DNA of 64,000 nucleotides from Daphnia carinata. Lineage: Eukaryota. A program made the translations under genes and the position numbers. This document shows positions 21,120 to 33,430 of this stretch, piece after piece; positions within the stretch are counted from its first letter, which is position 1; each line of letters opens with the position of its first letter. The notes under the pieces are model-generated. The model had not been told where the DNA came from and ran no database searches. It worked only from the letters and a program-made list of their open reading frames with translations. Location: the NCBI RefSeq assembly GCF_022539665.2, contig NC_081331.1:9176001-9240000 (forward strand). The letters run 5' to 3'.

Positions 21120-24045
21120 TCATGCTGTAAACAAAAGCTTTTTAACGTAGTGGTTCGGTTCTATCCCACACTACGTTAGTTGAAACCTTTTGTTATTTTA
21201 CCTCAGTGGAATGTTTTGAATTTGCTAAATCCAAAAACACCATTGCATGTTTGAAAGCAGATTTGGAGAAAATGTTTGTTGCTGTAATGTTAATTCCTGC
21301 AAAAGCTTTTGAAGTTTGCAGGTATGTTTTTGTATTATGCTCAGTATTCTAAGGTATCTGTCTGATGATCTATTTAATCAGTTTACCCCAACAACTCGAG
21401 AGGTTTTTCCTCAGTGTACCTTACACCAACAGTTAAATTGGCACTTCAGTGATCTGCCTACTTACATCATCACAACTCCTTTGATGGTGGGAATTTTTCA
21501 CAAGAAAAAGTTGTAATACAATGGAATTGTCAGAGGTATGTCTAAGCATATGAGTATTTTGAAAATATGATATAACATCTGTTGCTTTTTTCTAGATGGA
21601 AAGATGAGTTAGGAAAAGCCAAGTGCTTTTTATGATTTATATGGTTTTCCTTTGAGCTATCCAGAAAGACTTCTTTGAAGTGAACAAGCTTAAGTTGTTG
21701 ATATTGGATGACTACCATAATGTTATGAATGACGAAGCTTTGAAAACAATATTGGCTTTATATGAAAAGCCAGCAAATAGTCTACATCCAGAATCCTGAG
21801 AGTAACTGCATCAGTTGTCAATAACATATGCAAGCCAATGGAACTATCTCATTTGATATCTATTCTGGAAAACAAATTGCAGTCAGCTATTTCCACTTCA
21901 AACAATGTTTAATCGGAATTACGGTGAGGAACCATTAGCATTAAAATTATGATTTCTTCAAGTCGCCCAACGCAGTAGTGTGAAATATCCTTAAAGTCCG
22001 AAGCCACTCGTTTCGAGCTAGAAATTATGGATAGCGTTCAGCAGTTGAACAATTATCGTCGAGACAGTCGGTACAATTCAACAGAATACTATGAGCAAAA
22101 CTACCTTAAAGAAATTCCCGATTCCTGGCTTGAACCTGTGATCTACTTGAGAGTATATCCAAATCATTCAAAATTTTGGTAAAAGATATAGCATATCTTA
22201 ATTAATAATTGTGGGTTACTGTTAGTGGTTGTAGTTATTGGTAATATTGTTTTGTTTGTGTAGCAGGTTTTGATTTTCTTTCTTTGTCTTTATTGATTTT
22301 CTTTATAGAAAGAATGTACCCTTATCTCGGTTGCAACTCACAACTATTTCGTTATCTTAGGTCCTTGGGGGAGCAGACCGTGCTGCTCTGGTGTACCTCA
22401 TTCATTTAGAAAAATTTAAAACCAAAGCAGCTTATGAAAGACACTGTCTTCTTCTGTGCTTAGTCTTCACAGTTTTACTTGAAATGCGGTTGGCTTTCTA
22501 ATGGTAGTGATATCAAAGTAATTTTCATTCTTTATATTCCATTTTGTAGGTCACTGTGCGAAGAAAAATTTCAGTGATACTCCGAATATGAACGTAGAAT
22601 AGTTTAGCCACCCTAAAGTTCTTCGCCTTTTGGACGTACTCTGCATTTATCCACCGCCAATAACTTCAAAATTGCCCGGAAACAACGATCCATCAGAGCA
22701 AACCGATTCCGCCGTATTAGTTCATGCTGACGATCTCGCTGATCAAGTTCAAAAATTGCCCACGGAAACATTACAGCCCGTAGAGTTACCTGAGAATGGC
22801 CCGTCCTTTGTGCGTCGGTCAACAACTCAGTCGGGTCACATAAATCGTCGCAGTCGTCCCGATTTCCCTGCACGTCATCACCAAATTCGAGAAGCCGCTT
22901 ATCAGCTATGTCGAATGATTTTCACTGAGAGGCGTACCACAACCAAATTACTTTATCATCTTGTAAAGGTTATCAAAAGATGATGTTACATTATCATTGT
23001 TGGATTAAATATTTTAATTTATTGTTGTCTAGGATGTAAGTCGATGCGACCCTCAGTTAGCGCATCTAAGCCCTCACTATATTGTTCATCGGGTTGAAGA
23101 CATGACCGTTAAGAAAATAGAACGTGAAGATCGGAAGCAAGAAGACGTTATGAAACGGTTTAGTAGTCGTGATTGTAATATTCTCGTAGCCATGAGCGTT
23201 TTCGAGGATAGTATTGACATTCCAGCGTGCAACCTGGTTATGCGGAACGATTTGCCACAAATTTACTGGGCGTATGTTCATTCAAAGGCTCGAGCGCGCG
23301 CTAAAAAATACCATTATATTCTGATGGTCGAGAAGGATAGATAGATAGATAGGATAGAAGGATAGATGAATTTCTGGTGAATCTCGCTCACTTCCATGCC
23401 ATTGAACAAATTCTGCCAAGCAAAAGTGGCTATCACAACTCTTTCGCCGAGTTCGTCAATCACAGTGAAGATGTGCTCAATAATATTGGGAAACCGTACA
23501 CTTCTGGTGACGCTTCAAAATATTATGCGTCTTTACAAATCGCCATCATTAACAGGTATAACGCAAACAGGTTTAAAATGAAAACGACTGTAATTTTCAG
23601 AAAGATAATATTTGTAGATATTGCGCAAAGTTGCCCAGTGATTGTTTCACGCGGCTTATTTCTATTTGGAAAATATGAACAGTAAAGCGAGAATACGTTG
23701 CCTCATTTGTATGGGACAAGTGGTCCGAAATATTTCAGACAAGTAATGCAGCAGAGAAAATATGCTCGGATGTAGCTTATATTTGCTCATTACAACTACC
23801 AATAAAATTCTCCTTTGCGGCAAACTGTATCAGGTCTTCCCATGCCGTCAAAAGTTACAGCAAACGATTGCAGTGCCGGAAGCGTGTCGGTTATTGCACC
23901 AGCAAAAAAGCTGGACGATAACTTTAATCCCACTTAAAAGGAAAATCGTTGACTGGAGGAGGAGGAATATAACGCCGATTTGGAAGATAAAATTGTTTCC
24001 AACAATGTGCCACGTCCGGGCACTACAAAAAATCACCAAATCGAA
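21120..24045 (+). pseudogene. Dcr-1: Dicer-1 pseudogene fragment (helicase plus DUF283; no PAZ or RNase III)
   Basis: NTIACLKADLEKMFVAVML (decayed Walker A), LGPWG-ADRAAL...ERHCLLL, IFTERRTTTK, RKQEDVMKRF...IDIPACNLVMRNDLP..YVHSKARARA, IINR|YCAKLPSDCFTRL and VPRPGTTK, then an abrupt break. Many stops and frameshifts. The start coordinate is approximate. Confidence 0.9.
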
Positions 24046-24239
24046 GACAGTAGCGTAGCAATATCGCCTTCAACGCCGCAGAAACGAAAAAGTAAGGAAG
24101 AGAAAAAGAGCACGGGAGTTTCTTTATTGGATATCGCCTAAACAGATGCAGGATCTAGCCTGAAGAATCGCAATTCTTTTAATCCAATAAAACTAGTAAG
24201 TGCCCATAGTGTATTTTTATATTAATAAGGGGAGAATAG

Positions 24240-24651
24240 CAGTGTTCTGTCGAATAAAACTTTCAAATAAAATTTCGAATAGAATAACGCAAAAAATCGA
24301 ATATTTTATTCGTTATTCGTCGAATAAAAATGTCCTTATTCGTATTCGTTATTCTTATTCGTTGTAATTTCGTATTTTGTCATTTCGAATACAATTTCGA
24401 ATAAGTAATTTTCTTGTAGGACAGGCAGTCTTGTTTTGATTGCTGTCCTGTTTTTTTCTGAAGGTAGGCTAAATGCCACTTTTATTCGATATTTGATTCG
24501 AAAATTTACTCGTTATTCGTTATTCGAAAATTATTCGTATTCGCGAATAAAACGTCCATTTTATTCGTTATTCTTATTCGTATTCGTTTACTTGGCTTAT
24601 CCGTATTCGTTTACAAACGAATCAAGTTTTTTCTTATTCGACAGAACACTG
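24240..24651. mobile_element. hAT-type MITE, 412 bp
   Basis: Perfect 18-bp TIRs CAGTGTTCTGTCGAATAA / TTATTCGACAGAACACTG, an 8-bp TSD GAGAATAG (24232-24239 and 24652-24659), and many subterminal TATTCG/CGAATA motifs. Confidence 0.95.
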
Positions 24652-24834
24652 GAGAATAGCCGAAGGTTTCCACATTTGTGTGGGCTGACATCTAGCGGCG
24701 AGACTGAGCTTGTTTCAGCATGTTCCACTCAGCATTATGGAATTGATCGCAGTCTTTACGTCGTAGTCTGCGTTTATGTGTGATTGTTATGCAATGGTTC
24801 TAAAAACTTGACGATTATTTTGTAAACTTCTGAA

Positions 24835-25480
24835 ATGGCAGCCCGTATAGCAGCTTCCGCAACTGTACGCGCAGTTAAAGCAAGAAAACCATTTCCTACT
24901 CGTGCTGCCCTTGTTCTTGTAAGTATGTTTTCAAACATGAAGTGGTCAACATAACATTCCATTGTTCCATGTGTACATAATTCCTAATGCATTAAAAAGG
25001 ATACTCTTCTTAAATCATATTTTTATGCCTATTTTGGGTGGTGATATACTCAGACTCCTAGTGCAGTTAAGCGAGTCAAGCAACTTACCGAAGGCAAAGA
25101 TGATCATGTGAGTTTTCATTTTATACTGTTAGATACACATTTTATTGTTGGTTTTTTTTTATCCAGGTTGGATTAAGGATAGGTGTGAAGCAGAGAGGTT
25201 GCAATGGATTTAGTTACACTTTAGATTTTGCAGCAAAAAAAGACAAACTTGATGAAGAAGTACTTCAAGATGGTAATATATAGCTTCTTACAAGCAAGCA
25301 AAATAAACATTATGTATTATTGCACTTCTAGGAGTTCGGATTTTTGTTGATATGAAAGCCCAACTTCATTTGTTAGGAACAGAAATGGATTTTGTTGAAA
25401 ATGAACTCTCATCAGAATTTGTATTCAATAATCCAAACATAAAAGGGACATGTGGATGTGGAGAAAGTTTCTCTGTGTGA
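24835..25480 (+). CDS. ISCA1: Iron-sulfur cluster assembly 1 homolog, mitochondrial (4 exons)
   Basis: MAARIAASATVRAVKARK...RAALVL|TPSAVKRVKQL...|VGLRIGVKQRGCNGFSYTL...|GVRIFVDMKAQLHLLGTEMDF...FNNPNIKGTCGCGESFSV*. Confidence 0.95.
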
Positions 25481-25663
25481 TAAAAATGAACAGTAGAACC
25501 TTAATTGACTGTACATATTTAAAGGGTTAGTACATACATAGATAATAACAGCAATACATAGTCAAATACCAGAGCTTTTTAAATTTAATATACTGATCCG
25601 ACAGCAAACACTAATGCGTATGTGATGTGAGAATCTTTCAGAAAAGCAAGTACAACGCCATTC

Positions 25664-27058
25664 TTAACGAGAGGAAGATTCTGCATATTCGTGAAGGCCA
25701 TAACGTTCGAGATATTGCTGGGACGACATACTCATTTCTACTGATTTTGAAGTTTTAAATTTATAATCTGAAGTCTTGTTTTCAACGGGCTTCGATTGTC
25801 CAAGATATTTCTCAGCCAAACGCTCCATTTCCACACTTTGATCCGTTTCCTTACGTGCATCCCAGGCATAGCTGAGTTTGGCGTTCGAACGAGGATAATA
25901 GACTGGGTTACGTGGAGTACTAAAATGACAAGACAGAACAACTTTAGCATAACACCCATTAAAAAAAAAATAAGAATAATCTATTACTTTAATGCAAATG
26001 GATTGATGAAACTGATTCCGAGTTCTTGCACGCGTTGCATCGTTACTTTACGAGTAGGGTTTTCCGGGAACATGTCGTGGAACACATGCCTTTCTGGTGT
26101 TCTATTCTCAACATTCATATCTGGAGCTTTTTCCATGAGTGGTTTTCTGCCATTAGTAATGTTGGCTTGTGCCAATAGCTTTTGAACATGTTCCATAACA
26201 TTCTCACATGATTCAGTACTTTCATCTGATTGTTCAGAAACAGATTCTTGATATTCTTGCATGTTGACCACAAAGGATTGCTGGGGACTTGGTGGTTGTT
26301 CCACAATTGTCTCAAGTTGGAGATCTCTGAAAGTTAATGTTATCTCTGTACGATCCTGTTGTTGACGTGCAGTGGGAGAATCACTATGGGAGTGGGGGAA
26401 AAATCGGGCAGATGGATGACACTTGGGACTTTGAATGTCAAAATATGATGATGTTTGGGTGGCACCATTAGCTCTTGGCTTATCTCCTAATTGGTCTTGT
26501 AATCTTTCTTGATATTGAAGAAGCTGTTTGACTTGTTTCTGGAGGAGATCAAGTTGCCTATTCTGATCTTGAATGAGTTCTTTGATATCTGGGTCAACAG
26601 ATGGAGACATGACAATACCAGTGGCATTTGGTGGTGGTGTTTTACAACCACATGGTGGTGTATTTTTTGCCCAACTGTAGAATTTTAATTGAAAATGCAT
26701 TTAAGTTTTGATAATATTTGTTGAATTTTACCTTGCAGTCTTTTTGAGAACTGAAAGTGGAGTCAGTTGAGGAATAAAACCTGGGCTTTTGACAGGTGAG
26801 GTTTGAGTAATGGTACCTCGGGGTTGGAGGGATTCTTTAAAGTTGGTTAATACATCTCCGGAGTACAATGATGGTTCAGACACTTGGGGTGGAATTTCCA
26901 AACCCTGAAACTTTGAAAACAAAACAGCAATCAGCTTTATGTATTACAGATATTATCTAGAATTTCTTATTTACCCTATTAATTAAGAAAGGCCTTGGTA
27001 ATCTAGGCTCGTTAATACTCATGCTTGAGTCACCTAGCTCGTTATCAGATGTAAACAT
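25664..27058 (-). CDS. STIL: STIL/Ana2/SAS-5-like centriole duplication protein (4 coding exons)
   Basis: Central coiled coil QDQNRQLDLLQKQVKQLL, STAN-like ELGISF...YYPR...SVEMERLAEKYL, and C-terminal MSMSSQQYLERYGL (compare STIL MSFATKKYMKRYGL). The start codon is inferred. Confidence 0.75.
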
Positions 27059-28529
27059 CTTTAATATAGACACTCTAGTCAGCTAAAAATAAATATAAAT
27101 CCAACTAACTGAACCAGATATTAATTATTTTAAGTTTCTTCACTGTATGTTCTTTTTTCTGTTCTAAACTAACTGCACTAATCTGGTAGTTTGGAATGAA
27201 AGAAAAATGGAATTTTTGGGTGTAAATTTAAATTCTCAACGGCTGACAGAAGGACAGAATACAAACGCGAGAGAATTCAAATGCGCCGAATATTAATTCC
27301 TAGTACAAAAGAAAGCCACCAGGTGGCAAAACAGCTGGTCTTCCTACTGAACTCATTAAAGTGCTCTTCTCGATGAATCGTGATTCCAGCTTGGAACTAC
27401 CTCTAAAACCGGTAAGAAAAGTTCATCGCTGATGAAATATAAATAGATAATGTATTCAAGAACTTCAGTTGTGAATCAGAGTGTATAGTTGTATCGGATT
27501 ATGGGTGTTCGTTTTCGTCTGCAGTGCTCGATAGTGCGCAAGCTCAGTGAAAGAAGAATGGCGGCCATTTGCCAGAGGGTGATAAATTCTGATTGTTGGG
27601 GACCTTTGAACGTTAGCGCCAAAGCAGTTGAAATTTGAAATCTTGTTCCTCAAACTATTGCATTTCTTTATCATGAATAGGGGTATTAGTAAAATGAAGC
27701 TTAACAAATTAAACAATCATTGGATGAAGGCGGCATGACTAAAAGCCATCCAACTTTTTGTGTGCACCATTTGTCCACCCGTACAAACGAACACATCTGG
27801 CAACTTGCTTGCTATTTCTGTATCGGCCCCGTTTCTATATATAAACGCATTCGGCCGCCTCTAAATTTCTTACACGTATGCCGTAAACGTCTTGCCCTTT
27901 TAAACATTACATCATCGTCAACAAAATCAAGTCCCCCCATTTAAAATGATTAAATACGGTAAGTAGTGTTTGTGTCTATCAGTAAATCGTGAATAAATCA
28001 GATGGTGTTTGAAATGAAATGCCAGACAAATATTTAGAAAGGGTATGCCTGTATCCCCTTGTCAGATTGACGACTCCGCTCATCGGGTTCAAGCAGATGA
28101 CTGATGTAAATTTTGTTTAAATCAAGTTTTCCCATCAAAAGAACTCTGGGAAATGGAACTTTACTTGTGAACAGCTTTCATGCAAACATAGGTTTCTACT
28201 CGTCATTGATTTGAATAGAACACAGCCATAAAAACCGGTTTTATATGATTACAGAAGTTGCTTATTTAAATTTCCCATCTTTTCTGCACAAGGGACGAAA
28301 GCGAAAATTGCCTGTCGCGTAATTTGGCCCTCTAGCGAAAGTTATAACAGAGTAGGGTGGAAGAACGAATGGAAAGCCCTTGTTTGAGAGCACGATAGGA
28401 CGCTATCGAAGCCCGGACCGTGAGTAGCAAAGATGGCCGATGAGGGAGGGGTTGGTAGCTTGGCGATCGATCGAGGCCCGTTCACTGTCGAGTGAGGGGT
28501 GGAGGCGGGTGGACGAATTAAAGGGAACG

Positions 28530-28531
<2 letters not shown>

Positions 28532-28566
<35 letters not shown>
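28532..28566. repeat. (GA)n microsatellite upstream of NRF1/ewg
   Basis: About 17 AG units. Confidence 0.9.
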
Positions 28567-30584
28567 GGAATAACGTACGAGTCGGAAAGGAGTTTCGCCG
28601 AGTTTCATGTTTAACAGGGTACGACGAGTGTCAGAGGTTTGTTCGATAGCTTCTTGTAAAGTTCAATTAGCGCCGATGAAAATTCATCACACCCGTTTGC
28701 GAAGGTAAAAAAGATGTGCGATCAAACTCGACTATCTCATCCGCTAACGAACAGCACATTGGCCAAGATTTTCACCGTCGGTCCCAGCCGTGGGTTCGTG
28801 CGCTTGTTTTTTTTTTTTTTGTTTTGCCTTTTTTCCCTTTGCCTCTGGTGCGCAAGTGTATACCGTAACGCCATCTCGTCCCGCGTTTAGTCTGGCCTAT
28901 ACTATACCATGTGCAAGATCAAGAAAGGTTTTTTTTTTTTAATTCTGCTTTATGTTGTTATTTTTCGTTTCTTTGGGGGGAGGGGGAGGATGGCAAAAGG
29001 GTGAGCGGGAGGGGAACCGCTGTTGGTTGGTTGGTTGCATCGATAGTCGGACAGAAGAGAATCTCTTTGACGTTGGGGGTGAGGGAAAGTAAGGAGTGGA
29101 GGAGGGAGTTGGTGAAACTAACGCAGTCTCACTGGCGTCGTCGAGAGACTCACGCAGGTGCGAGCTCGTCGGCGGCGGACGCAGACGTAGTGGACCGAGT
29201 TGCGCTCGGACAAAAGCCGTGTCGTTTGCGCCGTCAACTCTATTCGATTACAGGTTTCCTCCTCTTTGCTTCTTCTGCTTCTTTGGTGCCATTTCGGCCT
29301 CCTTGTCGCACGTGTTTCGTTAGTTTACCCTCCCGTCCTCCTTCCCCCCTCCCCAAAAAGAAAAAGAAAATTGTCATTATGTCAAACGTTAAGATTCATT
29401 GGACTCTGCTGCCGAGCAGGGCCACTCACTTATTTCAATCGCATTCAGTGAAACATGTAAGTCTTAAGGAGTGTAAGGTAGGAAAGTCCGTCAGGGTGTT
29501 TTCATTTTTGTCACTCCTCTTCACTTGTTACCGTTCGTCGTTTGTTTCGTACAATCCTTCGTTCGATGATCGCATCGATGCGTTCAATACGCCAGTCAAC
29601 CCAACGAGAGGGGAAGAAAGGAAAAAGAAAACGTTAGCGTCGTGTTTATCGATCCAGCGAAGGGACCCGTCCCGGGCACGTCACGAGTACGCTCCGCGCC
29701 AAGCCCGACTTCTGACAGCGCCATCCCTTTAAGCTCTTGAACGATTTGCCTCGGGGGTGGGGTGTGGGGGGTTAGTTCGCATTTCCATCAGGAACCATAT
29801 GATAGCTCCAGGGCACTTGTCCCTTTAAAAAAAAAGCATTTTTTTTTTTTTTTGTTGTCTCCTTTTTGTCCCGATCCGTGCAAGAGTGGGGTGGTAAATG
29901 GGGAGGGAGAAAGGCCGCCGATGAAAAGCAGGAGGTGTTTGGTTGCGCCATTGTATACGTCCTCGTTTCCAAGGCGACCGTATTGATATTTTCCTCCTCC
30001 TACACGGAACGGGTGCGGGTGGGTGAGTTGCGAGGGTAGAGAAAGGGGGTCGCCCTTCTACTTTCCATAAGTTTTGTCATCATTTTTTTTTTCGGGTCGA
30101 AGAAGAGTTTTTACAGGGCTACAACCTATCCTTTGAATAATTGTATTTTTTTATTGATAAAGGAAGGGGAGCAGGGGGGAGGGAGGAAGAGATCCTATCG
30201 ACCTAAAAAAAAAAAGAAATTCCACATCGTCGATGTACAAGTCAGTTCTAAGTTTGGAGATTGTTTGTTTTGTTTGCTCCGTGTTGACAGTTAATCCGTT
30301 TGAGCCGAAAGATCGTCCTCACTGGCCAAATAGATCATCTTCTTCGTTGTTTTATCCAGCGCCATTGGAGCATAACACACATTTTTTTCTTAGTAGACAA
30401 AACTGAAACATTTGTTTGGATGCTCGACTCCGTGTTTATTTAGGTTTTTTTTTTGTTTTGTTTTTTTCGTGTATTCTCTTTAGTTTTACCAAGTGATTTG
30501 CGCCCATCATCTTCCTTCTGGATCAACAAGACGTCCGTGTGTGTCATCGACAACATACTGGCCATAGCCAATTGAACCGCCTAG

Positions 30585-32030
30585 ATGGTGGTGAAAATGG
30601 CTACCAGTAACGGCGGAAGCCTGGCCGTACTGGCCGGCTCGGAAGCCGGAAACGGGAGTAGTAGTGCCGCAGATGTCGACGGAACAGACACGGCCGTCGA
30701 GGCGTGTTCTGGCGGGCGCATTGAAGACGATATCGCCGATCATTCAGACGACGAACAAGGTGCCGATGCGGCCTCAGATGATTCAGATTCCATGGACTTT
30801 GACGATGATGACGACGATGACGGTTCCGATCTTATGTCGAATACAACACTTGGCGACGACATCACCGCACAACTAGCCGCCGCAGGTAACAATTTTCTCA
30901 TTTTCCGTATGATTTTTTGGGGATTTGTACGATGATTCTATTGTTTGTTTTTTTCCGAACGGTCAGGCCCTGTTGGAATGGCGGCAGCCGCGGCAATCAA
31001 CTCGTCGAAAAAGAGGAAGCGCCCACACTCTTTCGAGACGAATCCCTCCATTCGCCGACGGCAACAGACGAGACTACTCCGAAAACTCCGCCAGACGATT
31101 GACGAATATGCCACTCGAGTCGGACAGCAAGCCATAGTCCTGATTGCCACACCAGGAAAGCCGCAGAACAATTTTCGCGTCTTTGGTGCCAAACCGTTAG
31201 AGGACGTCATCAAAAATGTTAAATCTACCGTCCTCCAAGTAAATTCTCATCCCGCAGACAAAGTCATCTCTCTCCGTGTAATCGTTTTACTGCAATCTGT
31301 GAATTGATTCCCACCTTCAGGATCTGGAAACGGCTTTGGCACATCATGCTCCACCTCCAGCTCAAGACGATCCGTCGCTTTACGAGCTACCTCCCCTAGT
31401 CATCGATGGCATCCCCACACCAGTCGAGAAAATGACGCAAGCCCAACTGCGAGCTTTTATTCCACTGATGCTCAAGTTTTCCACCGGTAAGTGTCTTTCT
31501 TTTAATTTTCAGTTTCTAGACGTCAACGTTCGGCTAAGGAACATTCGTTATAGGCAGAGGAAAGCCGGGCTGGGGAAAGGAATCCACCCGGCCACCTTGG
31601 TGGCCAGGAGAGGTACCTTGGGCAAATGTCCGGATGGATGCTCGCCCCGAAGACGATAAACAAAGAGTAGGATCATTTTTTCTTTTGTTCGCAAATTTGG
31701 CAAATGTTAAAATTTGATTCATTTGTTTTGGGGTTCGTGTACAGGTGTCATGGACGCACGCGTTGAGGCAAATTGTCATCAATTGTTACAAATACCATGG
31801 ACGGGAAGATCTACTACCCGCCTTCTCTGAAGATGCAACGGAAGAAACTAGTCGCCCTGCCAAAGTGATAAAAACAGAATCAGAAGCTGAGCAACAAGCC
31901 GAACGGAGCGCTGATGTTGCTGTTGTTCAACCACAACAGCAGCAAGAGCAACAGCAGCATCAGCAACAACATCCACCAGCTCCACCACCTTCGTCTCAGC
32001 CAGCTCAACATCAGCAGCAGCAGCAGCAGC

Positions 32031-32064
<34 letters not shown>

Positions 32065-33399
32065 GCAGCAGCAGCAATCTGTACAGCAGTTGGTGCAGAC
32101 GAATTCGGCACCCAGTGCCCAGTATGCGCCGACCGTCGTTCAAACGATTAGCAATCCCGACGGGACAGTGTCCATCATACAGGTTGGTTTGACTCTGAAG
32201 ATCACATCGCCTACCGATAATTGCTCAGTTGATTATGCGTTATTTATTTTATTTTTTTCGGTTGCTTCCGAATTTTTCGCGTTGTGAATTAGTTAGAATC
32301 ATTCCGTGTGGGTATTTATTATTTACTATTTACTCTCTTAGTAATTATTATTATTATTTAATTTTTTTTTTATCCTTTTATTTATTTATTTATTTTTTCT
32401 TCTGTTATTGTTTTGGATAACTTTCATGTTTGTTTTTCTCGTTATGTTCATGCATTTAGTGGCAATGCTGATTATGTTCTCTTTTATGTTTCCAGTTTAC
32501 CATCAGTAATGATTATGACGTTTATCTGGCCGTTTGGTTGTGGCATGGCGACTTGGGTCGTTCTATCGTTTATCAGTTTGAACTTGTTCTTATTGTTAGA
32601 TACAGAACATTGGCAAGTGCGATTGGCCTTTGTTGATTGGTTGGTTTCTCAACTTTTATCATCATTTCTATAACGAAACTTTGCCAAGCGTTAATAGATC
32701 TGACACGAAACTCACTGATAATTCCATTCGATTATTTCATGCAGGTCGATCCTCATTCATTCACTAATTCATTCTTCCAGGTTGATCCCAATAATCCCAT
32801 CATCACATTACCTGATGGCACAACGGCCCAGGTGGTTGCCGCCCAAGGAGTGGCTACCGTCAATCAGTGCGAGGATGATGATACTGCTGGTCAGGATCAG
32901 CAGCAGCAACAGCAACAACAAACTGACCGTAATCATCATCTCATGAACCCTAAACCCATGATTTGGCAGTTTGTACCCACTTCGCAAATAACGGGAGTCA
33001 CATCTTCGGATGGCGTGACGACGCTCACCAATTCCGCCGATGGCACCACTGTCACCACCGTCGACTTGACAGCCGTCACCGAATCTACGATTGGTCAGGA
33101 AGGCCAACACCATATTCTTCTCACCGGTGAAGACGGCCAAAGTAAGAGCCTCATTCTTATTTTGATTTATTTAGTTTTTGTTTTCTCTTGCGTTAATGAC
33201 ATTTTTGCGTCTTGTATTTCGTAGCGTATCCAGTCAGTGTCTCAGGAATGATCACCGTTCCCGCCATGTATCAGGCTATGGTTGCCAACATCGCACAGAT
33301 GGGTCAATCAGATGCTTCTGTTCAGGTATACTGATTGCAGCAGAATCGAAAAAAAAAAAAATCTTATTCCCCGCCATCCCTTTTGTCGTTTCTTGTGAT

Positions 33400-33430
<31 letters not shown>

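Noticed and set aside
28911..29732. 273-aa ORF upstream of ewg
   Set aside because: Low-complexity, homopolymer-rich sequence with a splice donor near 29456; it fits ewg 5' UTR exon and intron rather than protein.
31848..32192. Poly-Leu, poly-Val and poly-Asn ORFs
   Set aside because: Alternative frames and strands of the CAG/CAA tract.
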